The position numbers and the translations under genes were made by a program. This document shows positions 24,898 to 35,173 of a stretch of 64,000 nt of DNA, piece by piece. The notes under the pieces were generated by a model. The model was given only the letters and a program-made list of their open reading frames with translations, was not told the origin of the DNA and did not search any database. This DNA comes from Octopus bimaculoides (lineage: Eukaryota). The stretch covers positions 35,785,154-35,849,153 of the forward strand of contig NC_068985.1 in assembly GCF_001194135.2 (NCBI RefSeq). Reading direction: 5' to 3'. How positions within the stretch are numbered: position 1 is the first letter of the stretch; each line of letters starts with the position of its first letter.

Positions 24898-27800
24898 GTA
24901 AGTTAATGCTTAAATTAGTTTGAGAGACTTTAACATGTATCTATCCAGATTAGTTTTAAAATGAAATATCGTTTCACTAAAAATTTTATCAGTTCCCTAG
25001 AGAATTTGAAACTACTTAAAATTCTTTAGTGTTTGTATACCTAATTCTACAGACTGAAAGTGCTTCCTGGTTACAATTTTTCGCATTATAAGCCATCATA
25101 AATTACCAGTTAACTGTCACTTTGTGATAAAATTACATTCGTATAAAATTGTCAGCAACTACAGAATAAATAATACTCTAAATAAAATAATTAAAATAGA
25201 ATGTTAATTATGCACCATATTTAGAACAAAAATTGCAAATCCTTCATTTGGCTTTTTTTCTTTTCTTTTTAATAGATAAATTCTGACTAGCTTTTTCTTC
25301 AGTTTTCTGCTATAACAGGTGGGGAGGGTTTTCTTACAACAATTGCTTTTACCACTTCAGTATATTCAAGAAATACTTTGTATGAGTAGGAGTGCTGTGG
25401 AAAATATCTGTAGGTTTTAATGTATTATGTTTACTATAAATTAAGAGCTGATAAGATTTATTCTCATTGGGTTTGTTTTTGCATATCTGGATTATGCCAT
25501 ATGTATGGTACCCTTTCTTACTATTAGCTTGCCGAAAGGTGTTTGTTCTTCAAATTTTATGAATTGATATCCCTACAATTTAACGGTTCTTTTTAGCTTC
25601 AATGTTTGTGATACTAGTTCATCTTAATTTTTCTGCTTGTTTCATCAGAATTAGTTATCCATTAAAGTGCACACTTGAGCATGAGTGTTAAATGTGATCT
25701 TGCTAGACTTTAATCATCCAAGTGATAATCCCACTGCTTGACCATTGGTTTGACAATTGTAATTTTCAGACTATGGTTAAGGGTATATTGGTATCACTTA
25801 AGCACAGTTGTTGTTGGAATGAGAAATGCAAGTCTATTGACAATTTTTTTTCCATTCAGGTTTTAGTTGAACAAGTCTTGTGATAATCATTTAACATAAT
25901 AATTAGGGAGTAATTATGCTATATCTTTACTGATTTATTTGAAATACTTGGGATGAAATTTTGATTTTTGAGAAATTAGAGAAAATTTTTTAACACTCTA
26001 ACTGTATCTGATACAAAGTTATGTATAATCTTATCTATTTCAATGAACCCAATTAAAGACTGAATAAAAAATAAAATATCTTATCTTGTTTGACTGGAGT
26101 GGCTGATGGTGTGATGATTAGCTGTCTGGTTCTCCAAATATTTTCTAATTAGAATCTTATTAGTGGCCCATTCTGCAAGGCTCACCAAAGTTCTCACTAC
26201 CCTAGCCAAACCGTTAAAATATTGTATGTACTGTAGTTAAAGGATAGAACTGCCAGGTTTGTGAGCAAATCTTTGTTTCTTCGTTTCATAGGTCATGGAG
26301 AGCAGGTGTGGTGTCCATTCCATGGACTGTTCATCTATTTCCTGATCATAAATCTAGATGTGGTCATATTTCATTAGATAGTGTGTGAAGTCTTCACTGG
26401 CTTCAATCACTTCCAGTAGATCAGAAGACTTCTACTCCTTAAATTCCATGTCAAATGCTCAAGTATCCTCCATATGCAAGCTTCCCAGTATTCAGTCTTC
26501 TCTTTTGTTACACACTGAAGTAGGACCAAGTGTGCAGCAAGCTCACAGTTTGTGGCTTGTCTGTCTTAATCAATTTGTCCACTTGCTGGCAATTCATTTC
26601 AGTGTTCAGTTGGTTTCCTATTATATAGTTGGTCTTCTTCTTTAAACTTTATCTGTGTACATGGCTCTCAGTAGTGTCCTCTCTAAACAACCTGTAGCCT
26701 TCTAAGGATGTTGGCCTGTCTACACCCCTCCTACATCAAGAACTTTGACTTCACATTGCTTCTGTTTGGGATCTATTATTTACCTGCAATGGAGAACAGG
26801 AAGAAGCTACACTACCAACATGTGCAATTTGAACAACATGTCAGTAGATAAGTTATTCCAACTTTTGATTCTATTCAGAACAACCCTTTGTGTGTGTGTG
26901 TGTGTGTGTGTGTGTTTGTAAAATTATATATCCCCCTTGTTATACACATTTTTCCTAACATGATAAATTGTTCATCCATATAGTCATAGCAATTTTTGAA
27001 GCTTAAGGCCATTTATAAATGCCCAGTAAGATGAAAGTGTTACATTGTAATGTTGTAATCCGTAGACTGTCACTTGTCAAGCCATCAAATGTGGTTGGAG
27101 GAGAAAAAGTTTGCTCAAGTAGTCAAGGGATTTAGTTTAGGTCACATAATGAAAAACAATTACCCTTTTACAAATTTGAGATGTCTGCTTCCAGAATGAA
27201 AATTGCTACTTCATTGCCAGTCTTTTCTGATCGTTAAAGAAATTTTTTTCTTAATGTTTAGACTATGGATATTTGGTTTTATATTAGTTGTGGTCTTTCT
27301 GTTGCTTTTGAATTTTCTATGATTCTAGTTGTAAGCTAAAATTTTTATATTAGGTTTTTTTTCTCCAAATCACAGTAGTGGCTAAGCAACTTGTTCGATG
27401 CAGTGGTTCCTCTCATTTGAAGAATAACTTGAGCCTACATATATTGTGGTTTACTTTTTTAATATTGCATTAGTGTGAAAAGCTGCTAGGCTCTCGGTGT
27501 TATAGAAGGGTCGTGGCAAGACTTATTTTTCGAACTAATGAGAGGAGAACAGTTAATTATTTTAAAGAATATCCCCCTTGGCAATTTTTGCAAATCTGAG
27601 CTGAAATTGTTTCAGGCTTAAGTGGTGACCCTTATAAAGCTGTAAAGGACTCTGCAAAATATTCAGTCGAGATTTCCATTTTCTGGATTTTTTTTTTTTT
27701 AACCCGACAAGTTTCTGCTTTGTGACTGTATTGTAGTGTAAAATTTTAATTTCTTGTCCAGTTTTTATACTAGTCAGGATGTTTTTGTTGCATGAAATTA

Positions 27801-28986
27801 AAATGTAACTTTTAAATACTTATTAAATTGTTAATTTTCTTTTTAGGCTTGTAATTTTAAAATAAAGTGATTATGTTGGGTTCATTAACTTAGCTATTTT
27901 GCCCTTTTTTTCTTTTTTTTTTAACATCCACGTGTGTATAACGACGAGCAATGTGGCCCCAGACTTTTTCATAAATTAACTTAGCTATATTTTATTATTT
28001 TATTCCCTCAGTTTTAGATGCAGACAAATAGGGGATAGGGAACACTATATACTTGTTGGATCTTCATAGTTGTGTGAAGATGACAGTGAAACTTCTTTAC
28101 AATCTATTGTAAGTACTATTCCAAGTGTATATACATAATATAAATTAATGTAACTTGTTGGAGCACCATTGCTTGTCCTTCACATGCCATTTCTGGGTTT
28201 TTTAATATTTACTTTTATCATTGTTAGTGCAGTGGTATTACCTTTCATGGATTTTTTTCTTATTAGATTTGCAAAATTTCTTCCAGCTAAGATGAATGGA
28301 TTAATTATTAGCACCTAAGATTCATTTTCTAAATGGAATATTAAATGTTGGGGTTTTTGCTTTTTTTTGCTTTTTCTTTTTTTTCTTTCTTACTCCACGC
28401 TCCTGCTCAAAGCATAAGGAAAGCCAAGTGTATTTTTATTACTAGTGGTTAAATATTGAACCTTTATATATGCTCATTTAAATGCTATCTTGTATATTTT
28501 AACATTTTTCAAATATTGCCTATAGCATTTTGTTTAGTGGTCTTTGAAGCTTATTGAGTGTTCCAGATCTGGCATTGTAATTTTGTCCACAACCCCTCCT
28601 GTCTATATTTTATCACTGGTGGGTATCCTAAGATAAGGCCACTGGTTGTAGTCTTACTGTAGTTCTCAGTTGCCCACTTTTCTCCTGTTTTTCTATCTTG
28701 CACATTACTTTTATATATTAGAACACTTGCATAGCAGAGCCTGTTTAGATTTTCATTTTTGGTCCTCTGATTAGATGGCCACTAGACACACATGAGACTA
28801 AGAGTATTTCAGCATAGGTGTGTGTGTTAATTTGTTGTCTTTAAAGAAGGGTTAGGTGTCTGAATGGGTGTTGCTATGTTAATGTAGAGTTGTGGTGATT
28901 GGGTATCCTGGCATGCCTGTTGTCCTGCTTTAATTTGCTAGTTAAAGTGCACACTTGTTGCATGGGCTGTCTTTGCTTCCTTTCAG

Positions 28987-29037
28987 CATGAAGGTGACGA
29001 GTATGATGGAGAAAATGACCCAGACTATAATCCTGAG
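28987..29037 (+). CDS. NAP1L1: NAP1-like coding exon 14 (51 nt, HEGDEYDGENDPDYNPE)
   Basis: ccttcctttcag-type acceptor ending at 28986, gtaaga donor; NDPDYNP motif typical of the NAP1 C-terminus. Confidence 0.92.
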
Positions 29038-29246
29038 GTAAGACCTCAAAACACCTAACATGATTTTTAACACTAACCATTTTATTTGTCCTTTTTGAGT
29101 GAACTTTTACAAATTAATGGTGGTGAGTGTGGAAAGGATGTTTTTTGATTGGAAATTGGTTCAGTCATCTTGAATATTTTTTGCCTTCGGTCATATGTCT
29201 TAGTTCAAATTTGACTTGGTGTGGAGTCTCTTGTAATTCTAATCTT

Positions 29247-29289
<43 letters not shown>

Positions 29290-30643
29290 GAGGGAGAGAT
29301 AGTAAGACGGAATAGATGCTTAATCACTAGACATAATCTATTGGGTGTTTTACTGCTCTGCTAAACAGTATCTAGAATAAGTTGACGCCATTTTCAAGTA
29401 ATTTCAGATAATGTAAAGAAAATTTTGAAACCTATTTTGTTACATAGTTTTTGAGTATATTAGACTTTTTTTTTCAGCTCCATTCCTTAATTAGTCTGTA
29501 AGTACCAGGCTTAGTTGGATTAACATTTTTAAAAGTGGAAGTTTTCAAAAACCAGTAAATTAAATATAGCCCAAATATTAGATTAGTGATGNNNNNNNNN
29601 NNNNNNNNNNNNNNNNNNNNNNNNNNNNNNNNNNNNNNNNNNNNNNNNNNNNNNNNNNNNNNNNNNNNNNNNNNNNNNNNNNNNNNNNNNNNNNNNNNNN
29701 NNNNNNNNNNNNNNNNNNNNNNNNNNNNNNNNNNNNNNNNNNNNNNNNNNNNNNNNNNNNNNNNNNNNNNNNNNNNNNNNNNNNNNNNNNNNNNNNNNNN
29801 NNNNNNNNNNNNNNNNNNNNNNNNNNNNNNNNNNNNNNNNNNNNNNNNNNNNNNNNNNNNNNNNNNNNNNNNNNNNNNNNNNNNATTTTATAAAGGTGCA
29901 TGCATGGATGTACAGTTAGGTTTGCTTCCCAGCTGTGATTTTTTTTTTTTTTGATTCAGTCCCACTGCAGAGCACCTTGGTAAGTGTTTTATGTAGCCCC
30001 CCAGCCAGACATAGCTTTGTGAGTGAATTTGGGAGGCAGAAGCTGGAAGAAGCCTGCTGTGTTTGTTTACATTTGTGCTCAGTTGCTACTAGTGGTATTG
30101 TCATCTGATCCAAATTAACTGGTTTCATGTTTTTAAAGGTGTGAAAAACTGGTGTGGGTTGGCAACAGAAGTCATCAGGTTAATTAAAAATGATACCCAA
30201 GCTGCTTTTTGACATTTTTATTTCTTAGAGTAATGCTGCTGGGTAGTGAATGTGGTATTTCATAACATAGAGCATCTGAATTTCGCTCCAAATACAGCTG
30301 CATTTTGTCATTCTTTTACATTCCTGTAAAAATGTGTAGTAAAAACTGCTAGTGTAGTAACTCCTTGTTCTTCATAGCACTGAGTGTGCTCTAAACTGAA
30401 ACGTTCTGCATACAGCACGGTTACTCTGCTTCAAAACCTGGCCTCTTTAGGAAGTTAAATTCTTTGGTCATGCTTTGTCATGTAAACCTCAAATTTATGA
30501 TAGAATTTTAAAATGTTAACTCTTTATAACCTCTTTGTTCTTAAATAATAAAATTCAAAGACCTGATTGTAAAATAATGATCTGATGAGTTAGATTATGC
30601 ATTTAGAAATTATATCTGATGAACTTAACTTTTCCTTTTTCAG

Positions 30644-30679
30644 TCCGATCAAGGGAAGAAGGACTGTAAGCAACAATGA
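30644..30679 (+). CDS. NAP1L1: NAP1-like last coding exon (SDQGKKDCKQQ-stop)
   Basis: cttttccttttt-cag acceptor ending at 30643; ends CKQQ then TGA, the same C-terminal tetrapeptide as vertebrate NAP1L1. Confidence 0.95.
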   Translation, partial: SDQGKKDCKQQ

Positions 30680-31288
30680 ACCAGTGTGAGATGTCAAACT
30701 GAAACCATCAACTTAGAAAATGACCAAAGGAACATTTGACCAATAATGGGTCACCACTCTTCATTCTGCAATGACAAATATTATAAATGGGGAGGGTGGG
30801 AAATTGAGAAGTTTTTTTTCTCAGTTTACAGTGTTGGCATATATAAACTGACCTGTTAAGACTGATTGAGGTGGGTTACAATTAACCAGACAATAAATAG
30901 AAGTTGCTGTTTTTTTTTCTTCACCTTATCAAAGATTAAGATATTGTGACCAAGGACACTTCAAGGAATATCTTATTCCTTTATAATTAACTTGAATTTT
31001 CTTGTGCTTAATCTCTTTCTCAAAGAGAAGAACATGAGGGATAAAAGCTGCTTCTAGAAACTGAACAAAATAAACCTCCAATGTTGTGCACGTGTGCTTT
31101 TCATGGTCTACTTATTTGTTTTATTTTAATCTTTCTGTCTGTGCACTTGATTCCTTGGCCATAGCTACAGGTTTTTAACCATGTTTAAGTCAAAACATTG
31201 GAAATTTATTTTGTCCAAAAAAAAAAGAAAAAATTTTAAAAAATTGACCCTCTCCATGCAATCTTTTCTGGAATATTCTTTGAATAAA
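30680..31288 (+). other. NAP1L1: NAP1 3' UTR (minimum estimate) with candidate poly(A) signals
   Basis: AATAAA at 30892-30897, 31069-31074 and 31283-31288 with U-rich downstream sequence. The true 3' end cannot be determined from sequence alone. Confidence 0.45.
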
Positions 31289-31755
31289 GACATATTTTGA
31301 CTTAGTTAACTTTCAATTTTGTTAATTTCTTTTTTGTGTTTACCATTATACAGTTTCTTTTAAAATAGGTGGAATTTGATTTTCGGTTTAGGAATGTGTA
31401 CATAATTGTAAAATGTTTTGCTGTTTTTTTTTTTTTATGTTGCAATCGAAGCTAACATGTTTACTTCAGGTTGCAGATAACAATTGTGGGAGGTAGTTAT
31501 CTACTATGACAGTTAAGTCTACAGTGAGGTTTATTTCCCCACTCTCATGCTAATTAGGATTCTGTAAATCCAGTTTCTTATTGCATTTATATAAATCATT
31601 ACAAATGTGTAAATCTGATATGCTGTAAGTTATTTAATATTAAATTTGTACTGGTTTTAGGTGATTTAAGAACAGTTGTCAAAATATTTATCTTGAATTT
31701 TATGAACTTATCGATTCATCATTAACGAAGTTTAAGGTAGATATGTACATACATA

Positions 31756-32498
31756 CTAGGTGTCCAAAAGCAGCCAGAGACATTGTGGGGCAAGCCTGTT
31801 CAGGTTTCTGCTGACCAGCACCGTCCAGTGGGGTTGTATTGCCATGTGGTGTCTTTATCTTGCACTGCTTCTCCCCCTGTTTCTTCCTTCATTTCATCCT
31901 TTACAAAGATCAAGTGTGCTTCCATGAAATTCTGTTCTTTTCCTATAAAACAGCGACTGAAACTGTTGTCATTCTTCGAACAGCTTACAAGAATGCTGCC
32001 ATAGGCAAAACAAGTTGGAGTGGTTTTTCCTGCTTTAGGAATGGTCACTTGTTGCTTGAAGACCAACTTCATTTCAGGGCAGCCGTTGACCTGTTGAACA
32101 AATGAAAATTCATGAACTGATCTTGCAAGATTGACTCTCACTAAGCAATTGACGAACTTGTTGATATGATTGGTGTGTCCTGAAGCTCTTACAAATGAAT
32201 TTTGAGTTAGGAATTGCATATGAAAAGAGCAAAATTTGCTCTTTGCTTGCTCACATATCAATTGCAGTCAAAACTGAATGTGTCATGAATAGAAGGGACA
32301 TTGCTACGGAATTTGCAGAGTTGAAGAAAAAATTATGGAGGCATTAAAAGGGTTCCAGTGCTGCTTTGAACAATTGAAAATGCATCTGGACCAGTGCATT
32401 TCTTCAAATAGAGAATAGCCTGAAGGCAGCAAAAATGAATGTAAAACTAAGTGAATAAAGTAACATTGCAAAATTCCAGTTTCTTTTGGGTACCCCAG
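31756..32498 (+). mobile_element. Mariner element, internally deleted
   Basis: TA-flanked diverged TIRs; KTATET..LRTAYK..FRNG and IDELVDMIGVS HTH remnants; C-terminal FQCCFEQLK..DQCISSN.E*PEG. The catalytic core is missing. Confidence 0.85.
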
Positions 32499-33657
32499 TA
32501 CATACATTTAAAATATGCTTGTATATTGGAATATTTGCTTTTAACAATTCTAATTTCTGTTTATTTCATAATTTTGTTGCTCCATAACTTAGCATTTTTT
32601 CATTCTCTTAGCTCAAGAGATACAAAAAAAACCTTACTGTCACTTGATTTGTGCATGTGATTGAACTCCATTGTCCTTGTATAATTGAAATTAAGGGAGT
32701 ACTAAGCAAAAAAGAAAAGTTTAGTTTTAAATAATGAAATGCGAAAAAGTACTTCAGTTTGTTTCTCATAACTTTAATAAAAGTAACCATGGTGACTCTT
32801 GAGGTCAGTGTGATAATGAAGTGAACAAGAGCAATATTTTAGAATACATAAAATATGGAGTATGAGATTGTCATCATTTAATGTCTGTTGTCCATGCAGG
32901 CATGGGTTGGACAGTTTCACTGGACTGGTGCACTTGGAAGGCTGCACCGGGCTCCAGTCTGATTTGATATGGTTTTTTTATGGCTGGATTCCCTTCTTAA
33001 TGTCAACCACTCCGAGAATGTAATGCATGCTTTTCTGTGCCACTGGTATGGGTGCCATTTGCATGAGACCAGTGTCTGCCATGACTGCAATTTTGTTCCA
33101 GATGGAAATTTTTTTTCATTCTAAAAGCTTTAAATAATTAGATACCTGTAGTGCTATTTGGTTAATGTATATTTATGGTACACCTTTTTAAAATTTGTGC
33201 TAATTGGTTTCACTTGGTTGTGACCATACTAGTGTATTACATTAAGTGGTTTAGTTAAATTGAGAACCATCCACTTGTTTTTTTTTTTTTTTTCTCTCTA
33301 AGTGTGTTATTCACGAATCTCTAAGCCAATACTAGATGTTTTGTGCTTGCAAGAACTTGGTGGCCCAAGATGGCTTACAATGATAGATCCCAAAACCGGG
33401 TTTCTGAGGGTGTTTTTTTTATTTTATTTTTACACCATAGCATCAATCTGCTTCAGCCTAATAGCAAAATTTTAGATTAAGATTCAGATGTCACAACCTA
33501 TTATTTTTGTTCAGTTATTTTTAATTAGGTCATTTAGTTAAGGTATTTTTAGGGATGGTTACTGTCATGAGAAATAGCTGATTTCAATTTTGTTGTAGAA
33601 GTAGAACCTTTTAAAAAAAAATGTCCACTGGTTTGTCTAGTTCTGCAGCTTTCACAT

Positions 33658-33696
<39 letters not shown>

Positions 33697-34368
33697 TTAT
33701 ACTGACAACTTTGTACAAAGTGATTCTAGTAAGACTTGCAAAACACTTCCTCTCTTGCCCCAGATGTTTTCATTCAGCAATTATCAAAGGTGTTCCAGTT
33801 GTTACCTTGCTTCAATTTTCTCTTCAGTATTTTATTCTGGATAATGTATAGGTTTATTGTGAACTAGTTTGCATTTAGAAATGAATCCTAGAGCAGGTAA
33901 AATTGTTTTCAGTGGTTACATCTGGTTATTTCAGATTCACCTGTTCAGCTGTTTAAATTGCTTTATAAATATATTTACATCCAGGAATTGGATCACCAGC
34001 AAGAAATTCTCTGCCATGTTTGCAAAATAAGTATCGATTTATCTTCATTGGCTTAAGGCTAAAAATTTGTAGGTGGGCGTTTTTAGTGGATTTCAATCAA
34101 CTGAGATTTGTCTAAATTCTTATTTTAAACTCAGCCAAACGTAATTCATCTAGTTCAGTAGTGTCTTTGACGAATACCAGTTCCTAATAACAATCCATTA
34201 TCTACATCCAGCTGGCATGAGTGGGACAGTTTGACCTCATTAGACGGGCCTGAAAACTGCATCATGCTCTACTCACTGCTTTTAGTGTGGTTTCTGTGGC
34301 TGAACACCATCCATTTTACGAAGTGTACTGCATTGTGATTTTGTGAGGCAATATTAGAAAGGGAGATG

Positions 34369-34408
<40 letters not shown>

Positions 34409-35173
34409 CTCCCTACTCTAAGCACAAGGCCCGAAAATTTGAGGGAGGGACCCAGTCGATTACATTGACTCCAGCACGCAACTGGTACTTAAATTGGATC
34501 TTTGAAATTCTGATGTGGAGAAAGAAGTTACAGAGGTTTAAAAATCGAAAAAACTATATTTTTAGCCAACAGCGAAACAGAAATTTTCTGCGTTTATCGA
34601 AGCGGTGTCAACTTTTAAGATTGTGCCCTGTGAAATTTACAGTTTAGCATCTGACCTGTTCGCTGTCGGTTTCTAAATAAACAGAAATACCTAATAAAAT
34701 CATGTATCATCTTACTGTTTCTTTTGTCTCTTCATTGACTATGGTTTTATTTTTTAAATTTGTAATATTAGGATATTGTCTGCATGTGTTTACTTTATGC
34801 GTATTTCAGTATTATGATTACCTGTCATGTATTCGTGTACATCATTAATATATAAGTGCTGTGTGTGTGTGAAAAGTATCAGACACTTGAAAGTTGAGTA
34901 TCGTTTTCATACTTGGCTTTATAAAATACAATAACTCGAGTCAACCAAGAATTTGTCCGAAGAGAAAATAAAAAACCTATATCTTATGTTTTTGCGAAAT
35001 GTTCCTAATTAGCAACGCAGCTTCTATTATTAATGCTGAATTACTGATTATATTTACACTAATTAATGTTGGGAGAAATCCCCTTAATTTGCAATCAAAA
35101 TATTTTTGAAAAATGAAGGGAGGTAATAAGATGTTTTAAGAACCCAGATGTTGAAAGAAATATACACACATTT

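Noticed and set aside
27841-27870. T-rich AG acceptors in the long acidic-tail intron (also 25769 and 25859) giving short stop-terminated peptides
   Set aside because: Such acceptors are expected by chance in T-rich introns and have no further support.
30575-30630. Two CTGATGA motifs before the last NAP1 exon, considered as C/D snoRNA or hammerhead
   Set aside because: No RTGATGA-CTGA arrangement with a terminal stem, no stem II-GAAA, and the segment overlaps the branch point and polypyrimidine region.
31800-32261. 153-aa minus-strand ORF
   Set aside because: It is the antisense of a decayed mariner transposase on the plus strand and has no recognisable domain.
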